Shown here in pieces: positions 50,948-62,251 of a stretch of 64,000 bases of DNA. The notes under the pieces are model-generated. The model was not told the DNA's origin, searched no databases, and saw only the letters and a program-made list of their open reading frames with translations. The stretch's first letter is position 1; each line of letters opens with the position of its first letter. Source of the stretch: Candidatus Omnitrophota bacterium (GTDB lineage Bacteria; Omnitrophota; Gorgyraeia; Zapsychrales; Fredricksoniimonadaceae); contig JACQCF010000020.1 in assembly GCA_016201795.1 (NCBI GenBank), forward strand, positions 5,651 through 69,650, written 5' to 3'. Made by a program: the position numbers and the translations under genes.

Positions 50948-51709
50948 TTGTTGATGGATTGGAATGTATTTTTTATTCGTTTTTTGGTTTTGATGCTGGT
51001 GGTTCCGGGCATTATTATTTTCGTTTTGAGGATGGCGCTGGGTAAGGGGGTTGATGACGCCAGACAGCGTTTAGACCGTGACGCTGAGGCCGCTCGCCAG
51101 CGCGAACGCGATCTCAATGAGAAAATCAAAGAGGCCGATGCCGAGCTGCAGCGCCGTCAGAAAATGCTGGATATGATGGAGCGCAAGATGCGTCAGGAGC
51201 TGGAGGAAAAGGCCAGTAAAGAAAAAGAAGAGTTGATCCAAAAGGCGCGCGCGGAGGCGGAAGAAATCATTACGAAAGCTCAAAATGCCAAAGAAGCTAT
51301 TCGCCATGACATTGAGAAAACCATGGAAATTAGAATGGTTGATTATTCACTGAAAGTGATGAATGATGTCTTGAGCCATACGGTCAAAGAAACGGTGGAT
51401 CGCCAGCTGTTTGTCGAATTTGTGGAAAAATTGAAAAATGTCGACATGAGCCATTTGGGGCCGGATGTCAACAGTGCGGATGTAATCAGCGCTCATCCTC
51501 TGGGGCCCTTAGCGCTTGATGAAATCAGCAAAGTGTTTAAGGAAAAAATATTACGCGATGTCCTATTGAATCCGAAGATTGATAAAACCATCATCGGTGG
51601 CGTCATTTTGCAGTTTGAGAGCCTTCTGTTGGATGGCAGCTTGCAGAATGCCTTTAAGACCTCGGCCAATGCCATTAAAGCCCAGGTGGAGAAACAGTAT
51701 CCTACCTAA
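50948..51709 (+). CDS. F-type ATPase b-subunit/delta(OSCP)-like fusion (peripheral stalk)
   Basis: N-terminal TM (FLVLMLVVPGIIIFVL), long charged coiled coil like AtpF. C-terminal GGVILQFESLLLDGSLQNAFKTSANAI resembles the conserved C-terminus of delta/OSCP (GGxxVxIGDxxxDxSVxxxL). Confidence 0.5.
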   Translation: MLMDWNVFFIRFLVLMLVVPGIIIFVLRMALGKGVDDARQRLDRDAEAARQRERDLNEKIKEADAELQRRQKMLDMMERKMRQELEEKASKEKEELIQKARAEAEEIITKAQNAKEAIRHDIEKTMEIRMVDYSLKVMNDVLSHTVKETVDRQLFVEFVEKLKNVDMSHLGPDVNSADVISAHPLGPLALDEISKVFKEKILRDVLLNPKIDKTIIGGVILQFESLLLDGSLQNAFKTSANAIKAQVEKQYPT

Positions 51710-51721
51710 AGGTATTGTTGT

Positions 51722-54026
<2,305 letters not shown>

Positions 54027-54028
54027 AT

Positions 54029-55732
54029 ATGTATAAGCCAGTTGCCAATAAGATCATCATCGATGTTTTAGTGAAAACCGGCCTTTTAACCAGCCAAGAC
54101 GCCGAACGTTATATCGTTTTAGCCAAAGCCGAACGCCGTAACCTTGATAGTTATTTAATTCGTCACGGTATTCTCACTGACCGTCAAATCGTTGAAGCTC
54201 TTGCCCAACAGTTGAAGCTGGATATTGTTGATTTAAAAGACATCGAGATTCCCTCCAGCGTGATTGAAAGGGTGCCGGTGAAATTTGCTTCCTTTTATGA
54301 ATTTATGCCGATTGCCATCGAAGGCAATCGTTTGAAATTAGCCATCTCCAGCCCTCTGGACGTTCGTGTGGTGGATGATATCCGCGCGCACCTGGGGCTT
54401 GAACCCAGGGAAGTGCTGGCCTTAAAATTTGATATCAATGAGGCCCTCAAAAAATATTATGGTTTGGCTTCAGAAACAATCGATAAAATTCTCACCCAGG
54501 AACCTCAACATAAAGATCACGCCCACACGCAAGCCTGGGTGGAGGATATCGAGAAAAAAAGCGAAGATCCATCGGTGGCCAAACTGGTCAATCAGATTAT
54601 TTTGGAGGCTTATCAGAAGAGAGCCACCGACATTCATCTAGAACCTTACCGCGATAAAGTGCGCCTGCGTTACCGTATCGACGGGGTTTTGATCGACGCC
54701 AATTTGCCGCCGGAGGCCAAACTTTTTCTTTTGCCGATGCTTTCACGCATTAAAATTATGTCGAATTTAAGCATCACCGAAAAACGCCTGCCGCAGGACG
54801 GCAGCGCGGTGGTGCGTACCAAGGATCAGGATTTGGATTTGCGTATTTCCACCATTCCAACCCTACGGGGGGAAAGCATGGTCATTCGTATTCTGCCCAC
54901 TCAAAATATGCGTACGACGTTGGAAAGTTTGGGGCTTAATGAACATAATGCCGCACAACTGCGCGGTTTAATCGCTCAACCTCACGGTATTATTTTTGTG
55001 ACCGGGCCAACCGGAAGCGGCAAGACCACCACCCTTTACGCCTGTCTTAATGAGCTTAACCGCGATGAGCGCAAGATCATCACCATTGAAGACCCCATTG
55101 AATATGAAATGGAAGGAATTACCCAGATTCAAATCAGTCCGCGGCTGAATTTTGGTTTCGCGCAAGGGTTGCGCAGTATCTTGCGTCATGATCCGGACAT
55201 TATCATGGTCGGGGAAGTGCGCGATTTAGAAACAGTACAGATTGCCATCCGCACGGCGCTGACCGGTCATCTGGTGTTTTCCACCCTGCATACCAATGAT
55301 GCCGCCAGCGGTATCACACGCTTGATTGACATGGGGGTTGAACCTTATTTGGTGGCTTCTTCCGTCGAGGCTTTTGCGGCTCAGCGTTTGGTTCGTTTAA
55401 TTTGTCCTCAATGCAAAACACAAGATAGCGGTATCACGCCGCTGGTGCGCCAGGAGATGGCGCAATCTTTGTCTTTGCCCTCGGTGGATTTTAAAATTTA
55501 TAAAGGCCGCGGCTGCGACCATTGCCATGGTACAGGTTTCTGGGGCCGCAGTGCGATTTATGAAATTTTACCTATGAATGAAACGATTCGCGCCATGTTA
55601 AGCCACCAGCCCCGTGTAGCCACTATCAAGAAAGCCGCCATCAGCGGCGGCATGCAAACATTGCGCCAAAACGGCTGGCAGTGCGTCCTGAAGGGTTTGA
55701 CAACACCAGCGGAAGTGATGTATGTGACTTAA
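54029..55732 (+). CDS. gspE: Type II secretion/type IV pilus assembly ATPase (GspE/PilB family)
   Basis: N-terminal GSPII_E_N domains, Walker A VTGPTGSGKTTT, Asp/His boxes, tetracysteine Zn motif CPQC...CDHC. Confidence 0.85.
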   Translation: MYKPVANKIIIDVLVKTGLLTSQDAERYIVLAKAERRNLDSYLIRHGILTDRQIVEALAQQLKLDIVDLKDIEIPSSVIERVPVKFASFYEFMPIAIEGNRLKLAISSPLDVRVVDDIRAHLGLEPREVLALKFDINEALKKYYGLASETIDKILTQEPQHKDHAHTQAWVEDIEKKSEDPSVAKLVNQIILEAYQKRATDIHLEPYRDKVRLRYRIDGVLIDANLPPEAKLFLLPMLSRIKIMSNLSITEKRLPQDGSAVVRTKDQDLDLRISTIPTLRGESMVIRILPTQNMRTTLESLGLNEHNAAQLRGLIAQPHGIIFVTGPTGSGKTTTLYACLNELNRDERKIITIEDPIEYEMEGITQIQISPRLNFGFAQGLRSILRHDPDIIMVGEVRDLETVQIAIRTALTGHLVFSTLHTNDAASGITRLIDMGVEPYLVASSVEAFAAQRLVRLICPQCKTQDSGITPLVRQEMAQSLSLPSVDFKIYKGRGCDHCHGTGFWGRSAIYEILPMNETIRAMLSHQPRVATIKKAAISGGMQTLRQNGWQCVLKGLTTPAEVMYVT

Positions 55733-55736
55733 CACC

Positions 55737-56942
55737 ATGCCTTCTTATTTGTACAAAGCTAAAAAAAATTTTGCTGAGACCGTCACCGGCCGCATGGAGG
55801 CCCAGACCCAGGAAGAAGCTCTGGATTTGATTCATCAGCTGGGGCTGGTGCCGGTATCATTGGAAGAAGTAGCTGGAGGTATTTTAGTCAGAGACATACG
55901 TCCTCGTCGCATTAGCCTCAAAGAAATTTATTATTTTACTAAACAATTGGGAGGCCTTATTAAATCCGGCGTAGCTTTGCTTAAAAGCCTTGAGGTTATT
56001 AGCACCCAGACTAAAAATGTTTATTTGGCCAAAGTCATCAGCGATATCGCCCTGGCGGTCAAAAGCGGCCGTTCGTTTTCTCTGACTTTAAGCGATTATC
56101 CCGAAATTTTTTCTCCTTTATATGTGGCCATGGTTCAGGCGGGGGAAGAAATTGGGCATTTGCGCGGTGTGCTTTTGGATGTAGCTGAATTTCAAAAGAA
56201 ACAGCAGGAATTTTCTTCTAAAGTAACCGGCGCCCTGGTTTATCCGCTACTCATGCTGGCGATAGGTCTTTTAACAGTCTCCTTTATCCTTACCTTTGTT
56301 TTGCCTAAAATCGCCGTCATCTACGCAGATACTTCCCAGAGCCTGCCATGGCCGACTTTGGTGATTACGCAAGTCAGCTATTTTTTTCAAACTTTTTGGA
56401 TTTTTTTGGTGATGGTCGTCGTCATCGCTACGATCATCTTTAACCGCTGGTACCAGAGGCCGTCGGCAAAAATCATCATTGGTCAATGGTTTTTGCATAT
56501 GCCTTTTTTGAGAGAGTTGGTTGTCAAGACGGATTTAGTCCGTTTTACCCGCACGACGCATTTGCTTCTTAACAGCGGTTTGACGTTGGTGCGCTCGATG
56601 GAAGTGGCGCTTCCAACCATCACTAATCCATTGTTAAGAGAAGATTTATCCAACTGCGTGGGCGGTTTAAAATCGGGAGAAAGCTTGGGGAGTTGTCTGA
56701 AGCAGTCTTTACTGGTACCGGATATGATCCGGCAAATGCTCTCTGTAGCGGAAGAAAGTGGATCTTTGCAAGAGTCCTTGGGGGACATTGCCGAAGCTTA
56801 TGAAGCAGAGATCAATGAAACCATCCGTTTGATCACCACTTTGCTGGAGCCGGCTATGATCCTGACGGTGGGGCTGGTGGTGGGGTTTATCGTTTTTGCC
56901 ATGCTGCTGCCGATTTTTTCCATGGATATCCTAGCCCGTTAG
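55737..56942 (+). CDS. gspF: Type II secretion/type IV pilus inner-membrane platform protein (GspF/PilC family)
   Basis: 401 aa, two GspF-type repeats with 3 TM helices. Adjacent to gspE. Confidence 0.8.
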   Translation: MPSYLYKAKKNFAETVTGRMEAQTQEEALDLIHQLGLVPVSLEEVAGGILVRDIRPRRISLKEIYYFTKQLGGLIKSGVALLKSLEVISTQTKNVYLAKVISDIALAVKSGRSFSLTLSDYPEIFSPLYVAMVQAGEEIGHLRGVLLDVAEFQKKQQEFSSKVTGALVYPLLMLAIGLLTVSFILTFVLPKIAVIYADTSQSLPWPTLVITQVSYFFQTFWIFLVMVVVIATIIFNRWYQRPSAKIIIGQWFLHMPFLRELVVKTDLVRFTRTTHLLLNSGLTLVRSMEVALPTITNPLLREDLSNCVGGLKSGESLGSCLKQSLLVPDMIRQMLSVAEESGSLQESLGDIAEAYEAEINETIRLITTLLEPAMILTVGLVVGFIVFAMLLPIFSMDILAR

Positions 56943-57061
56943 TGTTTCGTGACATTTTATGTGGAAAGTCTTTACATGATCGATTTTTTGGTTAAAACTG
57001 ATAGTCAGGATACTTTCAGTGATCCCGTCGGTATTGCGTGGAAGCGTTGAGGTATAATACA

Positions 57062-57472
57062 ATGAAACATAGAGGCGGTTTTACTTTGGTGGAAATTATG
57101 CTGGTGGTGATTATTATCGCGGCTTTATCGGCGATGATTATCCCGCGTTTGGTTGGCCGCGGGGAGCAGGCCAAAGTCAAAATCGCCAAAAGCGATATTG
57201 CAGCCAATATCCCCACGGCTTTAAAGCTTTATGAGTTAGATAACGGTATTTTTCCAACCACCGCCCAGGGTTTAAACGCTTTGCGCGTTAAGCCGACTAA
57301 CAATCCCATCCCTCAAAATTGGAACGGGCCTTATCTGGAAAAAGGTCCTATTGATCCCTGGGGCCGGTCGTATGTTTATGTATCCCCTGGCGAGCACGGC
57401 TTGGATTATGATCTTTCCTCTAAAGGCAAAGATGAAACCTCCGACAAGGACGATGTCGTCAATTGGCAATAA
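57062..57472 (+). CDS. gspG: Major pseudopilin GspG (type IV pilin-like, prepilin leader)
   Basis: MKHRGG|FTLVEIMLVVIIIAALSA class III signal with G-F-T-L-x-E. GspG-type motifs (QAKVKIAKSDI, GPYLEKGPIDPWGRSYVY). GAGG RBS 9 nt upstream. Confidence 0.8.
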   Translation: MKHRGGFTLVEIMLVVIIIAALSAMIIPRLVGRGEQAKVKIAKSDIAANIPTALKLYELDNGIFPTTAQGLNALRVKPTNNPIPQNWNGPYLEKGPIDPWGRSYVYVSPGEHGLDYDLSSKGKDETSDKDDVVNWQ

Positions 57473-57854
57473 AGAAAAAGGGTTTACGTTTGTTGAGGTC
57501 ATGGTCGCGCTGGTGATTCTCTCGGCCGGCATTGTCATGATTTATAAGAGTTTTTTTCTATACGCGGATTACCTGTCTTATTTAACCTGTCGCCTGCACG
57601 CCACCCAAATGATGGAGAGCAAAATTGCTGATATCGAACGTTCTTTTCGCCAAAGTCAGGGATCTTCTTTTGACACAGGAGCCATGACAGAGACGGTTAA
57701 GATCAATCATAAACGGGTTGATTTTAATTACACGATTAATACGACTTCCTTATTGGGCCTGGAGGGTGTTTATCGTATGGATATCACCCTGGCCTGGCAT
57801 GACGGACATCGTTTGATGCAATTGTCCCGTGCGAGTTTATTAACCAAAATATGA
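57453..57854 (+). CDS. Minor pseudopilin (GspH/GspI-like)
   Basis: Prepilin-type N-terminus KEKG|FTFVEVMVALVILSAG. Start taken at internal Met overlapping the gspG 3' end. Confidence 0.6.
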   Translation: MSSIGNKEKGFTFVEVMVALVILSAGIVMIYKSFFLYADYLSYLTCRLHATQMMESKIADIERSFRQSQGSSFDTGAMTETVKINHKRVDFNYTINTTSLLGLEGVYRMDITLAWHDGHRLMQLSRASLLTKI

Positions 57855-58444
57855 AACCTAAACCCAGGGCATTTACTTTAGTGGAAGTATTGTTAGCCGC
57901 TGCTCTGGTGGCGATGGTCGGGATGGCTATTTTCCAGGCCTTTGCCAATGGTTTGAAATTATGGACTAAAGCGCAGCGTTTAAATCGGGAAGCCGAAGTG
58001 GCTATTTTTTTGGATAGAATGGAGCAAGATTTAAGATCAACCCCTCTCATTTCCGGAATCAGTTTTAAAGGTATAGCCACGCAGATTTCTTTTCCGGCAG
58101 TGGTGATGACCAGGGCTGACAGAAAATCTTCGATGGCCTCGGAAGTGTTTATTGATCAAATCGGGGCTGTGCAGTATCGTTTTGATGCCCTTGAGCATAC
58201 GATTTTTCGACGGCAGACCAATTACGCGCAGGCACTCAAAGGTCAATGGGGTCAAGAATTGCCGGTCGTCGGTGGTATTGATGAGTTCAATTTTTATTAT
58301 GAAGTCGCGTCCGATAAAGGATTTTTGATGAAGCCGCAGAGCGATGAAGTGATCCCTTCGGGTGTTATGGTTAAGATGCATTTTAGCGATGACAGCGGGG
58401 AGCATCATCTCAGGCGCTATTTTAGGATACCGGTGGGCGGTTAA
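57851..58444 (+). CDS. Minor pseudopilin (GspJ-like)
   Basis: Prepilin-type N-terminus PRA|FTLVEVLLAAALVAM. Start/stop overlap with flanking genes. Confidence 0.6.
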   Translation: MKPKPRAFTLVEVLLAAALVAMVGMAIFQAFANGLKLWTKAQRLNREAEVAIFLDRMEQDLRSTPLISGISFKGIATQISFPAVVMTRADRKSSMASEVFIDQIGAVQYRFDALEHTIFRRQTNYAQALKGQWGQELPVVGGIDEFNFYYEVASDKGFLMKPQSDEVIPSGVMVKMHFSDDSGEHHLRRYFRIPVGG

Positions 58445-59475
58445 TGGCAACGAAAAATATGCTACTTAAACAGCGTCAGGGATTTGTGCTTATTTTTGCC
58501 CTGTGGGTTTTGGGGTTTTTGACTGTTTTGGCACTAGGGGTTGCCGCCGGTGTTCGCCAGAAAATCGTTTTGCTGCAAAAGCTTGATGAACGAAGCCGCA
58601 TGCACCATGTGCTGGAAGGGGCAGTGAAATATAGCGCGGCCTATCTGATCAATCAATTAAGCACGTCCGGATTTATCTACAACCCTGCTGTTAAAATGCA
58701 TTTGCATAATAACCCCCATCAATTTGGTCAGTTTGATCTAGGGGGGGATACAGCTTCGATCAGTTATACCTTGGCTGATGAAGGGTCTTCTCAAGAGCGG
58801 TTTGGCGTGGTTGATGAAGAACGGAAAATCAATCTTAATACGACCAATACAATCATTTTACAACGATTGATTGAGAGAGTTCTGGTTGTGAAACCTGATG
58901 AGGCCAAAGAATTAGCCCAAGCCATTTTAGATTGGCGTCACTACGGTCAAAGTCAGGTCAAAGGGTTTTTTAGCGATGAATATTATGAGAATTTAGAGTA
59001 TCCTTATGCGAAAAAGGATGCGGATTATGAAACCCTTGATGAGTTATTGCTGGTCAAGGGTATGACCAAAGACAAATATGAAAAGCTGATGGATGATGTG
59101 ACGATTTATGGCCAGGGCAAGGTCAATATCAATACAGCCCCGGCGCAGGTATTATATGCTTTAGGTCTACAGGATGCGCTCATCGATAAGATTCTTGAAG
59201 TCCGTCGGGGGAAAGATCAGAGTGAGGGGACCATGGATGATCATATATTTTTCAAAACTTTTGATGTGGCCAGTGAAGTCAATGCGATCATTAAACTTGA
59301 AGACGGAGAAATTCATGCCATCGATGCGTTAAATATACAAAATCTACTGACCACCAATTCCTATTATTTTTCTGTTTTGTCCCAAGCTCATTTAGCGCAC
59401 CGTCGCTCATCCCAAAAAATACGTGTGGTGATTTCTTCCAGAGAAAACAAGATTGTCTATTGGAGTCAGCGGTGA
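58444..59475 (+). CDS. gspK: Type II secretion minor pseudopilin GspK
   Basis: N-terminal hydrophobic segment QRQGFVLIFALWVLGFL. GspK hallmarks: RKINLNTTN, KVNINTAPAQVLYAL (HhH-like INxNTA). Confidence 0.7.
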   Translation: MATKNMLLKQRQGFVLIFALWVLGFLTVLALGVAAGVRQKIVLLQKLDERSRMHHVLEGAVKYSAAYLINQLSTSGFIYNPAVKMHLHNNPHQFGQFDLGGDTASISYTLADEGSSQERFGVVDEERKINLNTTNTIILQRLIERVLVVKPDEAKELAQAILDWRHYGQSQVKGFFSDEYYENLEYPYAKKDADYETLDELLLVKGMTKDKYEKLMDDVTIYGQGKVNINTAPAQVLYALGLQDALIDKILEVRRGKDQSEGTMDDHIFFKTFDVASEVNAIIKLEDGEIHAIDALNIQNLLTTNSYYFSVLSQAHLAHRRSSQKIRVVISSRENKIVYWSQR

Positions 59476-59564
59476 GTTAAAGGCAGTATCCTTCTATCAA
59501 AATAATTGTTTTTTGCATGGGGTAGAGAATTTTTGGCTATAATAAATTGAACTTAAACTAAGGA

Positions 59565-61007
59565 ATGTGCATGTTCGGCGCCGACCAGCGTATTTTAAGC
59601 TTTTCACTTAATGAAACTATTATCAAACTTGCTCAGGTGAGCTCTGGTGGACTCGTCGAGAAAATAGCCTGGGCTTTAGCGGCAGAGGCCTCGCCGGAGG
59701 TTTTGGGTCAGACTCTCAAAATACTTTTGAATGGGTTTGACCATAAGGCTATGGTCGTTTGTGTGATTCCCGCCAGCGCCGTTACCTCCAAAACTATTGA
59801 AGTGCCTTCTTTGGATCCTCAGGAAATCAAATCGATTCTCAATTTGCAGGTTAACCGCCATACGCCTTATTCGCGCCAAGAGGTTCTGGTGGGTTCCATC
59901 AATTTGGGGTTGGCCTCTGCCCATCAGACCAAGGTGCTTTTGGTCATTGCCCATCGCCATGTCATCAAAGACCGTCTGACGGTTTTAGAAAAGGTATCGC
60001 TTAATCCTGATAAAATTCTTTTTGTTCCCGAAGGTATTGGTCGTTTGTACGCCGGGGGATTGAATTTAAAGAAGGATTCATTGCCGGTGGGAATCATTGA
60101 TGTGGCTTTAACATCGGTTAATTTCATAGTGGTCTGCCGTGGCTCGGTGGTTTTTTGCCGCAGTATTCCTATCGGGATCAAACAGATGATCGAAAGCCAG
60201 GAAGCTGTGCTTAAGCTTTTGGAGGAAATCAATAAATCCATCGCCGCCTCCAGCGGTGAAGACGCTCAAGCCGCGGTAGCCTCTTTTGTTGTCACCAGCG
60301 ATCATGAAGTGGTCAGAAATATGTTACCCCTTTTGCAGGAAAGCCTCAAAGCCGAGGTTCGTTTAAGTCCTTATGTGAACTTGATCCAAGCCGGATCAGT
60401 CAAAAGTAAATTGCAACAAGATTTTGCCGACGACTCTTTCCTGGATGTCATCGCACCGGCGCTCACCCTTGCCAAATGCGAAGTCAATCTTATGCCCGAG
60501 GAAATGGTTCTCAAAAAGACTATCGAGAAACAAAGTCAGGAAGCGACCAAGGCAGGAATCGCAGCGGTACTCATGATGGTTTTGTTAGGTAGCATTATTT
60601 TTGGTAGGATTTATTTTAAAGATATATTTTTGAATAAGAATTTAAGAGAACAATTTGCCGGTCAAGCACAAGAAGTGCAAAAGCTCCAGGAGAGTTTAAA
60701 TAAAACGAAAATTGTGCGGCAGTATCTGCAAAGTCGCATGATCAGTTTGGACATTATCCATGAGCTTTATAGAATCACTCCCGTTCAAATTTATTTAAAT
60801 ACTGTTGCCCTGGAAGAAGACGGAACATTGACGGTCAGCGGCATTTCCGATTCTATGTCGCAGGTGTTTTCTTATGTGAAAGCTTTGTCTGATTCGTCTT
60901 TGTTTAAGAATGTGAAAACGAAATCTACGACGACCAAGAAAGATAACGGTCAGGACGTGGCTGCTTTCGAGCTGAGCTTAAAAGTGGAAGAATCCCTCAA
61001 GGAGTAA
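59565..61007 (+). CDS. GspL-like / PilM-PilN-fusion assembly protein (cytoplasmic actin-like domain, TM, periplasmic domain)
   Basis: 480 aa. N-terminal actin-like fold as in PilM/GspL, one TM near residue 330 (IAAVLMMVLLGSIIF), coiled coil and periplasmic domain. Confidence 0.55.
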   Translation: MCMFGADQRILSFSLNETIIKLAQVSSGGLVEKIAWALAAEASPEVLGQTLKILLNGFDHKAMVVCVIPASAVTSKTIEVPSLDPQEIKSILNLQVNRHTPYSRQEVLVGSINLGLASAHQTKVLLVIAHRHVIKDRLTVLEKVSLNPDKILFVPEGIGRLYAGGLNLKKDSLPVGIIDVALTSVNFIVVCRGSVVFCRSIPIGIKQMIESQEAVLKLLEEINKSIAASSGEDAQAAVASFVVTSDHEVVRNMLPLLQESLKAEVRLSPYVNLIQAGSVKSKLQQDFADDSFLDVIAPALTLAKCEVNLMPEEMVLKKTIEKQSQEATKAGIAAVLMMVLLGSIIFGRIYFKDIFLNKNLREQFAGQAQEVQKLQESLNKTKIVRQYLQSRMISLDIIHELYRITPVQIYLNTVALEEDGTLTVSGISDSMSQVFSYVKALSDSSLFKNVKTKSTTTKKDNGQDVAAFELSLKVEESLKE

Positions 61008-61562
61008 ATGGTGATTATCAAATTTATTTCCGGACTTTCCGATCAGGGCAAGAAACTATTGGTGATTGCTTTGATGATCGTGGTGGCTGCCTTGTTTGAT
61101 CGTCTTTTGATTGATCCTACCATGTCGTGGCTTTCGACCATTGATGAACAAATCCGCAAAGAAGAAGAGGCTATCAAACAGAATGTACATTTTTTAAGTT
61201 ATAAGGACAAAATTTTAAGAGAAAGTCAGGCGGTTGACCCCTATGTGACTCACCATCTGCCCAAGGAAGAGGAGATCATTGCCGCTTTTTTAAAGAAAAT
61301 CGAAATAGTGGCGACTAAAGCCAATGTGACGCTAGTCAAAGTAACGCCTTCCGCAGCTCAACAGGAGCCCTATGATTTAAAATATTCCGCGGATGTAGAA
61401 TGCTCTGGTCAATTGACCGATGTGGTGACCTTCATGCATTTGGTGAATAGCTCCAATGAATTAACGAAGGTCGTTAAGTTTAATCTGGGCTCCCCTAAAG
61501 CAGAGACAGATGAAATTAAAGCCACCATGACCATCTCCAAAATCATTGTCACTCAACGCTGA
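61008..61562 (+). CDS. GspM/PilO-like bitopic assembly protein
   Basis: 184 aa, N-terminal TM (LLVIALMIVVAALF), coiled coil, ferredoxin-like periplasmic domain. Directly follows the GspL-like gene. Confidence 0.5.
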   Translation: MVIIKFISGLSDQGKKLLVIALMIVVAALFDRLLIDPTMSWLSTIDEQIRKEEEAIKQNVHFLSYKDKILRESQAVDPYVTHHLPKEEEIIAAFLKKIEIVATKANVTLVKVTPSAAQQEPYDLKYSADVECSGQLTDVVTFMHLVNSSNELTKVVKFNLGSPKAETDEIKATMTISKIIVTQR

Positions 61563-62251
61563 TGTTACCGACACCAAAACGAATTAAAATTTTTTGTTGG
61601 GCGATATTGTCTCTTTTAGTTTTTTATCCTAACCTGGGCCGTGGCGCCACCATTCGTGATTTATATGAAGCCGCCGTGAATGCCTACACTCAAAGGCAGT
61701 ATGACCACGCCATTGAGCTTTATCAAGAAATCACCAAAGCAGCGCCGCAATTTGCTCCCGCCTACATTGGCCTGGGTCTGGCTCTTAAAGCCAAGGGAGC
61801 GGATATAGAAGAAGTTTTGTATTATTACAAAACAGCCACGGAAAAGGATTCCACCAACGCTCAGGCCCTAGAACAGTTGGGGCGGTTATATTATTCCATC
61901 AATCGATTAGACAAAGCCGAGGTTTGCTTTCAGAAGGCTTTAAAAATCGACCCCCACATGACCAATGCGAAGTTATCTTTGGCATGGATTGGTTTAGTGG
62001 GCAAAAAACCTAACCCACCGCGCGCCATTATCTATTTTCAAGATGTGCTCAAGAGTTCACCAACACCCAACGCTTATTTTGGTTTAGGGATAGCCTATTT
62101 CGCGGATAATCAAAGAGAAAAAGCCTTAGATATGATTACGCAGTTAAAGGGTATGGGTCAGGACGATTTAGCCGGTAAATTAGAAAAGGCCGTACGTGAA
62201 AACCAAAAAGTCATTTTAGATGAGAATACCCCTTCAGCTCAAAAACTTTAA
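61562..62251 (+). CDS. Secreted TPR-repeat protein
   Basis: Signal peptide and at least four TPR units (AYIGLGLALKAKG; AQALEQLGRLYYSINRLDKAEVCFQKALKIDP; AYFGLGIAYFADNQREKA). Confidence 0.65.
   Translation: MLPTPKRIKIFCWAILSLLVFYPNLGRGATIRDLYEAAVNAYTQRQYDHAIELYQEITKAAPQFAPAYIGLGLALKAKGADIEEVLYYYKTATEKDSTNAQALEQLGRLYYSINRLDKAEVCFQKALKIDPHMTNAKLSLAWIGLVGKKPNPPRAIIYFQDVLKSSPTPNAYFGLGIAYFADNQREKALDMITQLKGMGQDDLAGKLEKAVRENQKVILDENTPSAQKL

Noticed and set aside
57051-57064. TATAAT hexamer 4 nt upstream of the gspG ATG, suggesting a leaderless transcript
   Set aside because: A GAGG Shine-Dalgarno at appropriate spacing overlaps it. Spacing from the hexamer to the ATG is too short for a typical leaderless start.
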